Shown here: one piece after another, positions 38,483 through 48,342 of the stretch
How the letters are laid out: every line of letters starts with the position of its first letter
How positions within the stretch are numbered: position 1 is the stretch's first letter
NCBI GenBank assembly: GCA_035467535.1
Contig: DATITS010000053.1
Location: forward strand, 395-64,394
From: Desulfobacterales bacterium
Lineage (GTDB): Bacteria; Desulfobacterota; Desulfobacteria; Desulfobacterales; SpSt-501
DNA length: 64,000 nucleotides
Direction: 5' to 3'
Notes under the pieces: model-generated
What the model was told of the DNA's origin: nothing
The model's database searches: none
Seen by the model: only the letters and a program-made list of their open reading frames with translations
Position numbers and translations under genes: made by a program

Positions 38483-39864
38483 GCAGAGAAAACGCCCTGA
38501 AACGCGCCGAGGAATTTTTCGACCGCGGCGATTTTTTCAACCTGTTGCAGCGCTGGGTGACCTACCGCTCCGAGAGTCAGAACGAGGCCAGCACCCCTCA
38601 GGCCCTGGCCTACCTCACCCAGGAACTTACCCCGTATCTCGAAGGTTTGGGCTTCGCCTGCCGGTTGCTGGACAACCCCGCGGTCGCCCGCCTGCCCCTG
38701 CTTTTTGCCGAGCGCATCGAGGACCCGGCCCTGCCCACCGTCCTTACGTACGGCCACGGCGATACCGTGTTGGGCATGGAGGGCCACTGGCGCCAGGGCC
38801 TCGAACCCTGGACGCTCACGGTCGAGGGCGAGCGCTGGTACGGTCGCGGCGCGGCTGACAACAAGGGACAGCACGCCATCAACCTTGCGGCCCTCGGCCT
38901 GGTCCTAAAGGAGCGGGGGAGCCTGGGCTTCAACGTGAAGGTGCTCATCGAGATCGGCGAGGAGATGGGCTCGCCGGGCCTGCGCGAAGCCTGCGCCGCG
39001 AATAAGGAACTTCTCGCGTCCGATGTGCTCATCGGCAGCGACGGCCCCCGCCTGGCCCCCGCCATGCCCACCATCTTCGGGGGCTCCCGGGGCGTGGTCA
39101 ACTTCGACCTGCGCCTGAAGCTGCGGGAGGGCGGCCACCACTCCGGCAACTGGGGCGGGCTGCTGGCCAACCCGGGCATCATCCTGGCCCACGCCCTGGC
39201 CTGCCTCGTGGATAAAAACGGACGGATCCTCGTGCCGGAGCTGCGTCCCGCTGCCATCCCCCCCTCGGTCAAGCAGGCCCTGGCCGAGCTGGACGTCACC
39301 GGCGAGGGCGGCCCCGCCCTCAACCTGGATTGGGGGGAGCCCGGCCTCACGCCTGCCGAAAAGGTCTTCGGCTGGAACACGCTGGAGGTACTGGCTTTCA
39401 AATGCGGCAACCCCGAGGCGCCGGCCCACGCCATCCCGCCCGAGGCATGGGCCCGCCTGCACATCCGATTCACCGTGGACACCGACCCCACTACCTTCGA
39501 GGCCGCCCTGCGCCGCCGCCTGGACGAGTGCGGTTTCCCTCAAATCGAAGTCATCCACGTGCGGGGCGGCTACTTCACCGCCACCCGCCTGGACCCCGAT
39601 AATCCCTGGGCCCGATTCGCTATCGATTCCCTGCAAAAAACGAGCGGGAAAAAACCCGCCGTCCTGCCCAACCTCGGCGGGTCCCTGCCCAACGATGCCT
39701 TCACCGATGTCCTGGGCCTGCCCACCGTCTGGGTCCCCCACTCCTACGGGGGCTGCTCCCAGCACGCCCCCGACGAGCACGTTCTGGCCCCTCTCATGCG
39801 CGACGCCCTGCGCCTGATGACCGGGCTTTTCCACGACTTGGCCGAGCGAGGTGCACCGGCGTGA
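38479..39864 (+). CDS. M20-family metallopeptidase (dipeptidase-like)
   Basis: YGHGDTV, GRGAADNKGQ, EIGEEMGSPG. The ATG at 38479 overlaps the upstream stop (ATGA). Confidence 0.82.
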   Translation: MSRENALKRAEEFFDRGDFFNLLQRWVTYRSESQNEASTPQALAYLTQELTPYLEGLGFACRLLDNPAVARLPLLFAERIEDPALPTVLTYGHGDTVLGMEGHWRQGLEPWTLTVEGERWYGRGAADNKGQHAINLAALGLVLKERGSLGFNVKVLIEIGEEMGSPGLREACAANKELLASDVLIGSDGPRLAPAMPTIFGGSRGVVNFDLRLKLREGGHHSGNWGGLLANPGIILAHALACLVDKNGRILVPELRPAAIPPSVKQALAELDVTGEGGPALNLDWGEPGLTPAEKVFGWNTLEVLAFKCGNPEAPAHAIPPEAWARLHIRFTVDTDPTTFEAALRRRLDECGFPQIEVIHVRGGYFTATRLDPDNPWARFAIDSLQKTSGKKPAVLPNLGGSLPNDAFTDVLGLPTVWVPHSYGGCSQHAPDEHVLAPLMRDALRLMTGLFHDLAERGAPA

Positions 39865-39872
39865 GGGAGATG

Positions 39873-40067
39873 CAGGGTGTTGAAAAACGGCGCCTCGCGC
39901 CGGGAACCGGCGTTGTGCGGCTATTGTATACGCTCACATGGAATCGGCTGGAAGCTTGAAGCTGGAAGCATGGCTGACCGCGGCTGAATATTTTTAGCTT
40001 CGAGCCTCGAGCCTCAAGCCAATATCCGCCTTGGCTGACGGCCTGATGCTTGTTTTGCAACACCCTG
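39873..40067. mobile_element. MITE-like element, family A copy 2
   Basis: cagggtgttgaaaaacggcgcc ... gcttgttttgcaacaccctg. It fills the gap between the convergent M20 and amidohydrolase genes. It is roughly 85% identical by eye to copy 3. Confidence 0.8.
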
Positions 40068-40141
40068 TTGGAAAACGAAACCTGAATTTTCCGATGCGCT
40101 CGGCAGGGCAGGCGATCGGCGTATTCGCTTCTCAGGCGATG

Positions 40142-41422
40142 TCAACCGGCGGCATGTCGGAAATCGACGGATAACGCCTGCCCGCCCAGATTCAGGCGGC
40201 TGGCAATGGGCGCTGTTTCGGCGATCAGGTCTCCGCGGCGGACGACGAACAGCCGGGCCGGCTTCAGGCGCAGCGCTTCCACCGGGTCGCCGGCTTGCAG
40301 GACGACCAGGTCGGCAAAACACCCCGGTGCGAGTCCGTAGCCTTCCAATCCCATGACCTTGGCGCCGTTGAAGGTGACGGCTTCGAACAGGCGGCGCATC
40401 TCTTCGGTGCCGGTCATCTGGGCCACGTGCAGCCCCATGTGCGCCACCTCCAGCATGTCGTGGGAGCCCAGGGGGTACCAGGGATCCATGACGCAGTCGT
40501 GGCCGAAGGCGACGTTGACGCCGGCCTGCATCAGCTCCTTCACGCGGGTCATGCCCCGGCGCTTGGGGTAGGTGTCGTGGCGGCCCTGCAGGGTGATGTT
40601 GATCAGCGGGTTGGCCACCGCGTGCACCCGGGCTTCGGCCATCAACGGCAGAAGCTTGCTGACATAGTAGTTGTCCATGGAGTGCATGGAGGTCAGGTGC
40701 GAGCCGGTCACGCGCCCCTGCAGGCTCAATCGCTGGGCGTGGTAGGCCAGGGTTTCGATGTGGCGCGACAGAGGGTCGTCGCTTTCATCGCAGTGCATGT
40801 CGACCATCAGGCCGCGTTCGGCGGCAAGCTCGCACAGGGCCGCCACCGACGCGGCACCGTCGGCCATGGTGCGCTCGAAGTGCGGGATGCCGCCCACCAC
40901 CTCGACCCCCAGGTCCAGCGCCCTGATCATGTTTTCCCGGTTGGCCGGCAACCGGAAATAGCCGTCCTGGGGAAAGGCGACCAGCTGCAGGTCGAGAAAG
41001 GGCTTGAACTCCTCGCGGATCTCCAACAGGGCGTGGACGGCGAGCATCTGCGGGTCACCCACGTCGACATGGCTGCGGATGGCGAGCGTGCCGCGGGCGA
41101 TGGACCATTGGCACAGCTTGCGGGCGCGGGCCTTGATGGATTCGACGGTCAGCTGCGGTTTCAGCTCCCCCCAGAGCTGGATCCCCTCCAGCAGCGTGCC
41201 GCTGCGGTTCACGCGCGGCCGGCCGTAGCTCAGGGCCGAGTCCATGTGGAAATGGCTGTCCACGAACGGCGGTGTCACGAGGCACCCGGCGGCATCGATC
41301 TCCCTGCGGGCCGTGGCGCCGATCGCAGGCGATAGTTCCTTGACGCGGCCGTCTTGAACCGCGATGTCGCACCCCTGCCGGCCATCCGGCAGGTTGGCGT
41401 TGCGAATAACGAGGTCCAGCAT
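40142..41422 (-). CDS. cytosine deaminase-like amidohydrolase
   Basis: MLDLVIRNANLPDGR...PPFVDSHFHMDS (HxH metal site), VDMHCDE and FGHDCVMDPWYP. The start overlaps the permease stop (TGATG at 41420-41424). Confidence 0.82.
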   Translation of the reverse strand: MLDLVIRNANLPDGRQGCDIAVQDGRVKELSPAIGATARREIDAAGCLVTPPFVDSHFHMDSALSYGRPRVNRSGTLLEGIQLWGELKPQLTVESIKARARKLCQWSIARGTLAIRSHVDVGDPQMLAVHALLEIREEFKPFLDLQLVAFPQDGYFRLPANRENMIRALDLGVEVVGGIPHFERTMADGAASVAALCELAAERGLMVDMHCDESDDPLSRHIETLAYHAQRLSLQGRVTGSHLTSMHSMDNYYVSKLLPLMAEARVHAVANPLINITLQGRHDTYPKRRGMTRVKELMQAGVNVAFGHDCVMDPWYPLGSHDMLEVAHMGLHVAQMTGTEEMRRLFEAVTFNGAKVMGLEGYGLAPGCFADLVVLQAGDPVEALRLKPARLFVVRRGDLIAETAPIASRLNLGGQALSVDFRHAAG

Positions 41423-42366
41423 CAACGGGCCTCCTTGCGAAAGGGTTTGAGCAGGGCGGCGGGCGCCAGCGCATTGCGGGAGACCAGGGCCATGCCCACG
41501 ATGGTGAGCACAAACGGCAGCATCAGGAACACCTGGTAGGGCAGGTTGATGGCGCTGCTCGCCTGCAGGCGCAGCTGCAGGGCATCGATGCCGGCGAACA
41601 GAACGGCCCCGGCGGCACTTTTCCAGGGATTCCACTGGCCGAAGACGATCAGGGCGATGCAGACCCAACCGCGGCCAGAGATCACCCCGAAGGTGTAGGC
41701 GTTGTACTGGGCCATGCACAGGAAAGCGCCGGCAAGACCCATCAGGGCCCCCGACAGCAGCAGCGCCTGGTAGCGCACGGCGGTCACGCTGACCCCGGCC
41801 GAGTAGGCGGCGTGCGGGTTTTCCCCCACGGTCCGCAGGTTCAAGCCCCACGGGGTGCGGAAGAGCACAAAGGCCGCCGCCGGAACGATCCCCATGGCGA
41901 GATAGACCAGGGCGAACTGGTCGAACAGGATCGGGCCGATGACGGGGATCTCCGAAAGCCAGGGCAGGGCTACCGTTTCAAAGGGTTTGATCGCCGGCAG
42001 CGTGGACGGCTGGCCGAAAATCAGCCGGTAGAAGAAAAACGACAGCCCCGAGCACAGCAGGGTCAGACCGATGCCCGAAACGTGCTGGCTCAGCCCCAGA
42101 CTGACCGTCAGCAGGCCCATCACCGCGCCGGCAGCGACTCCGGTCAGCACGGCGGCCAGCACGCCCAGCCAGAGGCTGCCCGTGAAAAAGGCGGTCGAAA
42201 ACCCGGCCATGGCCGCGAGCATCATGATTCCCTCGATGCCCAGGTTCAGGATGCCGGCCCGCTCGGCAAACAGCTCCCCCAGAGTGCCGAAAATCAGCGG
42301 GGTCGCGATGCGGATCACCGCGGCGAAAAAGCCCACCTGAAAAATCTGCGACAGGATTTCATGCAT
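41422..42366 (-). CDS. ABC transporter permease (BMP/nucleoside-type, second permease)
   Basis: BPD_transp_2-like multi-TM protein with GELFAERAGILNLGIEGIMM. Confidence 0.85.
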   Translation of the reverse strand: MHEILSQIFQVGFFAAVIRIATPLIFGTLGELFAERAGILNLGIEGIMMLAAMAGFSTAFFTGSLWLGVLAAVLTGVAAGAVMGLLTVSLGLSQHVSGIGLTLLCSGLSFFFYRLIFGQPSTLPAIKPFETVALPWLSEIPVIGPILFDQFALVYLAMGIVPAAAFVLFRTPWGLNLRTVGENPHAAYSAGVSVTAVRYQALLLSGALMGLAGAFLCMAQYNAYTFGVISGRGWVCIALIVFGQWNPWKSAAGAVLFAGIDALQLRLQASSAINLPYQVFLMLPFVLTIVGMALVSRNALAPAALLKPFRKEAR

Positions 42367-43426
42367 GGTCGGTCCGATTCACGCGGATACGGTACTGGGT
42401 CAGCATCAGCGCCGCCAGCATGGTGATCAGGGACATGCCCTGAATGACGTCGGCCAGAAAAACCGGGACCCCGGTGGCCCGGGACATGGCCTCGGCGCCG
42501 GTGATGATGACCGCAAAGAAAACGGCCGCCGGCACCACCCCGAGGGGGTTCAGGCGCGCGAGCATGGCGATGACGATGCCGGTGTAGCCGTAGCCCGGAG
42601 ACAGGCCGGCCATGACCTGGAAGTGAATGCCGCCGACCTCCCCCACGCCGGCCAATCCGGCCAGGGCACCGGAGGCGGCGGCCGTCAGCAGGATCACCGC
42701 CCCGATGTTGATGCCGGCATAGCGGGAGGCTTTCAGGTTTTCGCCGACGGCGCTGATTTCAAAGCCCAGGGTGGTGTGGCGCATCATGAGCCAGACCGCC
42801 ACCGTCGCTGCCGCCGCCAGCAGGGCCCCCAGGTGCAGGCGCGTGGCCCGCAGCAGAATCGGAAACTCCGCCGCCGTGCGGATGTCCGGTGAGTCCGGGT
42901 AGCCGCTCAACGGGTCCTTCCAGGGCCCGTCCAGCAGCGCCATCATGCCGTAATAGATGACAAAATTCAGCAGCAGGGTCGTGACGACGTCATCCACCTT
43001 GTAGCGCGTTTTCAGCACCGCCGGCAGCAGTGCCCAGAGCGACCCGGCCAGCGCACCGCTGAGAATCATGAGGGGGACCAGGCTCCAGGCCGGAAGCCCT
43101 TCGCGGGCGCCGATGAAAGCCGCTGCCATGGCGCCCGCCAGGAGCTGGCCCTCCGCCCCGATGTTCCAGAATTTGGCCCGGAACGCCACGGTGACGGCCA
43201 AACCGGTGAAGACCAAAGGGGTGGCCTTGACCACGGTTTCGACCAGGTTGAAGGGCGTGCTCAGGGAGCTGAGAAAGAGCTTCGTGTAGGCCGTAAAGAC
43301 ATTGGCCCCGGCCAGCACGATGAGCCCGCTGCACAGCACCAGCGCCAGAGCGATGGCCGCCAGCGGGAGGAGCAGGTTCAGCCACCAGGGCGTGTGGGTT
43401 CTGAGTTCCAGGCGGATCCCGTTCAT
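42359..43426 (-). CDS. ABC transporter permease (BMP/nucleoside-type, first permease)
   Basis: Multi-TM protein with FRAKFWNIGAEGQLLAG. It overlaps both neighbouring genes. Confidence 0.85.
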   Translation of the reverse strand: MNGIRLELRTHTPWWLNLLLPLAAIALALVLCSGLIVLAGANVFTAYTKLFLSSLSTPFNLVETVVKATPLVFTGLAVTVAFRAKFWNIGAEGQLLAGAMAAAFIGAREGLPAWSLVPLMILSGALAGSLWALLPAVLKTRYKVDDVVTTLLLNFVIYYGMMALLDGPWKDPLSGYPDSPDIRTAAEFPILLRATRLHLGALLAAAATVAVWLMMRHTTLGFEISAVGENLKASRYAGINIGAVILLTAAASGALAGLAGVGEVGGIHFQVMAGLSPGYGYTGIVIAMLARLNPLGVVPAAVFFAVIITGAEAMSRATGVPVFLADVIQGMSLITMLAALMLTQYRIRVNRTDHA

Positions 43427-44937
43427 GCCGCTCCCCCGACGCCGGCCATCAGCAGGCCGATGCTGGCGACGGTCGCCGTCCGGATGTCCAGAGTATCCAT
43501 GATGCGGCCCTCATACATGACGGCGATGCGGTCCGACAACGCAAAAAGCTCCTCCAAATCTTCGCTGATCAGCACAATGGCGCAATCCCGGTCGCGCAGC
43601 TCGAGGAAACGCTGGTGCACGAAGCGGGCGGCGGCCACATCCAGGCCGCGGGTCGGCTGGGCGGCCATCAGCAGCGTCGGGTTCCAGGCCAGTTCGCGGG
43701 CCAGCAGCGCTTTCTGCAGGTTCCCGCCGGACAACGTGCCGGTGCGCACCTGGTTGCCGGCGGCCTTGATCCCGAAACTCTCGATCTGCTGATCGGCAAA
43801 GCGGCGGATCGCCGCATGCTTCAGAAACCCGCAACGGCTGAAGCGCTGATCCTGAATCCGCGGCAGCACCATGCAGCTGCAGAGCGGCAGCGCGGGGATC
43901 AGGCCGGTGCCCATGCGGTCCTCCGGGATCCGACCCACTCCCAATGCCTGCATGCTGCGGGGCGTGAAGCGGTCGACCGGTTTGCCGTTGATCTCCAGGG
44001 TGCCGCCGGCCGGAGGCAGCATGCCGGCAATGACATCCGCCAATTCACTTTGTCCGTTGCCGGAAACACCGGCAATCCCCAGAATCTCGCCTCCGCGGAT
44101 TTTCAGACAGATGCCTTTCAAACTGGGCCGGGTCCCGCCCCGGGTCTGCAGATTTTCCATCCGCAGCCGCACGGCCCCAGGCCTTGCAGACGATCTGGCC
44201 GGTGGTGCGCACTCTTGGCCGCACATCAGGTCGGCCAGCCGCTGCTGGCTGAGGGTGTCGTCGTTGCGCACTTCCGCAGCGACTCTTCCCTGCTGCAGGA
44301 TGACGACCCGGTGGGTGATGGCCATGACTTCATGCAGTTTGTGGCTGATGAAAATGACCCCCATGTTCTGGGACGCCATGGCCCGCAAGGCTGCGAACAA
44401 CCCTTCGGTTTCCTGCGGGGTCAGGGCGGCCGTGGGCTCGTCGAGGATCAGAATGCGGGCGCCGCGGATCAAGGCCTTCACGATCTCCAGGCGCTGCTGC
44501 TCGCCGATCGTCAGATCGCCGACCCGGGCGCCGGGGAGCAGATGCAGTCCGAACCGCTGCTCCATCTCCCGCATGCGCTGCAGAATAAAGGTGCGATCCA
44601 GACGAATCCCGCGGCCGGACTGCCCCACCATCAAGTTTTCCAGAACCGTATGGCGGGCCACCAGGTGGTAGTGCTGGTGCACCATCCCGACGCCGTGCGC
44701 CAGCGCGTCCGCGGAGCTGCGGATGTGCACCGGCCGGCCGGCGATGGCAATCCGCCCGCTGTCCGGCGTGTAAACTCCGAACAGGATGTTCATCAAGGTG
44801 GTTTTCCCGGCCCCGTTTTCCCCGAGCAGACCCAGGATGTCGCCGTCATTGAGGGTCAGATCAACGCCGTCGTTGGCCCGGACGTGGCCGAAACGCTTGC
44901 TGATACCGCGCATCTCCAGCAGTGGCGGGTTTTCCAT
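43423..44937 (-). CDS. ABC transporter ATP-binding protein with duplicated ATPase domains
   Basis: GENGAGKTT, IGEQQRLEI and LILDEPTA in the first half. GVSGNGQSE, LSGGNLQK and LMAAQPTRGLD in the second. Start at MENPPLLEM (44937). Confidence 0.88.
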   Translation of the reverse strand: MENPPLLEMRGISKRFGHVRANDGVDLTLNDGDILGLLGENGAGKTTLMNILFGVYTPDSGRIAIAGRPVHIRSSADALAHGVGMVHQHYHLVARHTVLENLMVGQSGRGIRLDRTFILQRMREMEQRFGLHLLPGARVGDLTIGEQQRLEIVKALIRGARILILDEPTAALTPQETEGLFAALRAMASQNMGVIFISHKLHEVMAITHRVVILQQGRVAAEVRNDDTLSQQRLADLMCGQECAPPARSSARPGAVRLRMENLQTRGGTRPSLKGICLKIRGGEILGIAGVSGNGQSELADVIAGMLPPAGGTLEINGKPVDRFTPRSMQALGVGRIPEDRMGTGLIPALPLCSCMVLPRIQDQRFSRCGFLKHAAIRRFADQQIESFGIKAAGNQVRTGTLSGGNLQKALLARELAWNPTLLMAAQPTRGLDVAAARFVHQRFLELRDRDCAIVLISEDLEELFALSDRIAVMYEGRIMDTLDIRTATVASIGLLMAGVGGAA

Positions 44938-45138
44938 AGTGCGTCTTTCCGGCCGGCAGCAAGCAGAGGGCAAAAATGCGGATGAACAGCGAGGCCGCTC
45001 GGTGCGGGCCATGGGCTGCCCGCCGCCGCCTCGGAACCGGCATCCGGCGGTGCGGATGCCGGCAGCGCACCGCACGGACCCGCACCTCGGACACCGGCTC
45101 CTGTCGCATCATTTCAGGTTGGTGGTTCGACCGACGCC

Positions 45139-46155
45139 TCAGTTGGATTTGGGAATCGATTCGTCGATGTCGACCCGGAAGGTGCCGGCCAGGATCTCTG
45201 CTTTGCGTTTGGCCACCAGTTCCTTGACATCGGCGGGCAGCTTGGCATCAAACTTGTGATACGGCGCCAGGTAGGAGCCGCCCTTGGACATGAAGGAAAA
45301 TCCGCCGAAATCCTGGGCCGTGAACACACCGGCTTTCACCAGGTTGACCATGTAGCTGACCGTCGGCCACATATCCCATACCGGCCCGGTAATGACGGTG
45401 TCCGGCGCAAGACTGGACTGGTCCGACATGTTCGAAATCGCCAGGATCCCTTTCTCCTTGGCAGCCTCGATCACACCGAAGCGTTCGGCGTAGATCACGT
45501 CGACCCCGGCTTCGATCTGGGCCAGAGCGGCTTCCTTGGCCTTGGGCGGGTCGAAGAAGGAACCGATGAAGGAAAACTTGCACTTGACCTTCGGGTTGAC
45601 TTCCTTGGCGCCCGCATAAAAGGCGTTGGCCAGCCGGTTGACTTCCGGTATGGGCATCGCCGCCACGACGCCGATGGTGTTGCTCTTGGTCATCTTGCCG
45701 GCGATCATGCCGGAAAGAAAAGCGGGTTCATGGATCCAGTTGTCGAAGACGCCGAAATTGGGTTCGGCCGGGCCGATGCCGGAGCCGAAAACAAACGCGA
45801 TCTTGGGATAGTCCACGGCCACCCGGCGGGCGATCCGCTCGGCGCCGAAGGCATCGCCCGTGATCAGCTGGTAGCCTTTTTCCGCATATTCCCGCATGAC
45901 CCGGGCAAAGTCAGCGGACTTCACGCTCTCGGACCATTCGTATTGAATCCCCAGGTCCTTCTTGGCCCGCAGCAGGGCGACATGGATCTGGTTCACCCAT
46001 GGCTCTTCGATGGGGGTCTCAAAAACCGCGGCCACTTTAAGCGGGGCGGCGGCGAACAGAGGGGCTGCCAACCCGCTGCCCAGCAGCAGGGCGGCGACGA
46101 CAGACGCGATCAGGATCACTCCGGTCATTCGTGGGAGACGCTTGCTCGAACCCAT
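45139..46155 (-). CDS. BMP-family (basic membrane protein) ABC substrate-binding protein
   Basis: Signal sequence present. Contains PIEEPWVNQ, GYQLITGDAFG and GVFDNWIHEPAFLSG. RBS is GAGGAGGA. Confidence 0.85.
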   Translation of the reverse strand: MGSSKRLPRMTGVILIASVVAALLLGSGLAAPLFAAAPLKVAAVFETPIEEPWVNQIHVALLRAKKDLGIQYEWSESVKSADFARVMREYAEKGYQLITGDAFGAERIARRVAVDYPKIAFVFGSGIGPAEPNFGVFDNWIHEPAFLSGMIAGKMTKSNTIGVVAAMPIPEVNRLANAFYAGAKEVNPKVKCKFSFIGSFFDPPKAKEAALAQIEAGVDVIYAERFGVIEAAKEKGILAISNMSDQSSLAPDTVITGPVWDMWPTVSYMVNLVKAGVFTAQDFGGFSFMSKGGSYLAPYHKFDAKLPADVKELVAKRKAEILAGTFRVDIDESIPKSN

Positions 46156-46581
46156 TTCATTTCCTCCTCTTCCAAGTGGTTGACGGAATTCTACAATTGT
46201 GTAACGTTTTCAGTTTGTTGAAGAAAATAATGCGGGCAACGCAACTGTTGTTTCATCGTTGGCAACCCATATGTGATATGGCGGGCGAATGCAAGCACTC
46301 TTTTGGGCGGCCGGGCGCCATCTGATCGATCCGATTCCGGTCCGAAAAGTTTGCGCGAACGGGTCGCCTTCACGAATGCCAGCACGCGCTCATTGATCGA
46401 GATGGCTTCGAAAAAAAACCAATCGGTGTCCATCCAGAAATGGTGGATTTCGGTTCAGGCCAAGGCCGCAGCGATTTCGCAACCGCAGGCGTAGTCCTTC
46501 TACGCCGAGGATTGCGAAGAGCGAGAACGCCGGCATGGGCCGAAAGATGCCGTTTCATGGATGGACACTTTAAAGATCCTG

Positions 46582-47313
46582 TCACTCGTCGCAGCTGAAC
46601 GTGGCTGCCGTTTGAGGCTTTTCATTTACGCAAAGCTTGAAAACATCCGGCCTGGCATAGTGGCCCGCCACATCGAGATCGTACTTGCCGCACGCAATCT
46701 GTCCGAGGTCGATCTCCGCCGTCAGGATGGTTTCTTCCCCGTAGTGCGGCTCCACGATAAATTCCCCAAGCGGGTTGATGATACAGCTGCCGCCGCGAAT
46801 GAATACGGTTTGAGGATCATTGCCTTGAATCGCAGGATAATCCGCAGGGTATGCTTCCCGTTTGATGTACTGGCAGGCAGAGAGAACAAAACAGCGCCCC
46901 TCAAAGGCAATATGGCGCATGGTGTGAATCCAGCTGTCGCGGTCGTCCACAGTGGAAACGCAATACAGTTGAATCCCCTTGGCATACATGGCCATGCGGA
47001 GCATCGGCATGTAGTTTTCCCAGCAGATCACGCTGCCGACCCGGCCCAAGGGAGTGTCCACCACCGGCAGGGTGGACCCGTCACCGAACCCCCAGATCAG
47101 TCGTTCCATGGCCGTGGGCATGAGCTTGCGGTGCTTGGCCATCAATTCGCCTTGGGGCGAGAAGAAGAGCACCGTGCAGTACAGGGTCCCGCCGGCACGC
47201 TCGATAACGCCGATCAGCAGCGTGATCCGGTTCTTGTCTCTGTTGGATTTTTCTAGAAATTGCAGATGGGGTCGGGCTGCGGGGTGCCCTTGGGCTGACC
47301 GGTCGGTGGCTTT
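46582..47313 (-). pseudogene. 5'-truncated nitrilase (C-N hydrolase superfamily) gene
   Basis: The frame reads ...[38 protein letters not shown]...[11 protein letters not shown]... The catalytic Lys and Cys regions are present. The open frame is closed by a TGA at 47314-47316. Only about 35 bp remain before the neighbouring gene, so the first ~80-90 aa, including the catalytic Glu (FPE) region, are absent. Confidence 0.65.
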
Positions 47314-47350
47314 TCAATCGACCCGCCGATGTCGCTGCAGGCCGGGAGGA

Positions 47351-48328
47351 TCATCCCCCCATGAGAACGGCCGCCGCAGGCCCGGACATCTCGCTGTTCT
47401 GGTGCGCCGCCCCCGGCACGACCTGAATCTGCCAGCCGAGTGTGCACTCCAGTTCCGCGGCGCGCTTCCGGGCTTCCTTGAAGTAGCTCTGGCCGCGCTC
47501 GAACCGGGTTGCGCCCTGGGCCATTGCCTCCGGCGTCTTGCGGAGGTCTTTATGGTTGGGGTCCCTATCCCGGTCGCCGAGCATGAGAACAAATTTTCGT
47601 CCGAGGCTCTGCTTGAGTGACGCTGCGGTAGCGGGCGACCCGTCGAGTCCGTAGGGATACTTCACGTCGAACGTCGGCAAGGTGTACCAGCCCGGATTGG
47701 CGGCCACCGCCCTGGCATAACGCGCCTCGGGCAGAAAGAGCACAAGGCGGTGCACGAACTGGCCTCCCTCGGAATGACCATAGATGAAGTAGGTGGGGTT
47801 CTGATTACCCGTCGAGCGCTTGATGAGGTCGAAGAGATGCTCGATGACGGTGAAAGACCACATCGACGCAGCCCGAGGCTTGCCGTCCTTGGCGATGACG
47901 CTCGCGTAGGAATAATCACCACCGCCCCACTGTTCCCTGTCGAAGAGCGGGACGACGACCATGAATCGGTACTTGTCAGCATGCTCCGTCCAGGTGTCGC
48001 GATAGCCCTGGGCGTTTTTGCCGTGGCCGTGCATGACGAAAACTATCGGTGCGGCGCTCGGCGCGAGCCTCTCGGGCAGGTAGGTGTAGACGGAGATCTG
48101 CCTGGACGGCTCGCCTTGCTCGTCGACGAAGGAGAAGCTGCCCGCACCCGGGGCGATCGTGATCGTGGGACCGGCAGCCGCCGCGATCGGCGACCACGTC
48201 AGCGTCCACACGAAAAGCATTGCCGCCAGCATATGCAGACTCCCGCGATAAAGACTATTTCCGATGGACATCTGATGAATCCCCCAAAAGCCGCGCTTTG
48301 ATAAGTCGGATATTCCCGGCGAAAGCAA
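47351..48328 (-). CDS. secreted alpha/beta hydrolase (esterase-like)
   Basis: Nucleophile elbow GHSEGG and an N-terminal hydrophobic signal (LHMLAAMLFVWTLTWSPIAAAA). The start is uncertain (48328, 48271 or further downstream). Confidence 0.7.
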   Translation of the reverse strand: MLSPGISDLSKRGFWGIHQMSIGNSLYRGSLHMLAAMLFVWTLTWSPIAAAAGPTITIAPGAGSFSFVDEQGEPSRQISVYTYLPERLAPSAAPIVFVMHGHGKNAQGYRDTWTEHADKYRFMVVVPLFDREQWGGGDYSYASVIAKDGKPRAASMWSFTVIEHLFDLIKRSTGNQNPTYFIYGHSEGGQFVHRLVLFLPEARYARAVAANPGWYTLPTFDVKYPYGLDGSPATAASLKQSLGRKFVLMLGDRDRDPNHKDLRKTPEAMAQGATRFERGQSYFKEARKRAAELECTLGWQIQVVPGAAHQNSEMSGPAAAVLMGG

Positions 48329-48342
48329 ACTGGAATTATGGC

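Noticed and set aside
46156-46581. Purine or other riboswitch, or a small gene (ORFs 46191-46433 and 46370-46585), in the 425-bp region upstream of the BMP transporter operon.
   Set aside because: No purine-riboswitch core (conserved junction UAUA...CUAC-type elements) is visible. The small ORFs lack an RBS and any motif. The stretch HFWMDTDWFFFEAISINERVLAF across two frames might be another gene remnant, but I cannot assign it.
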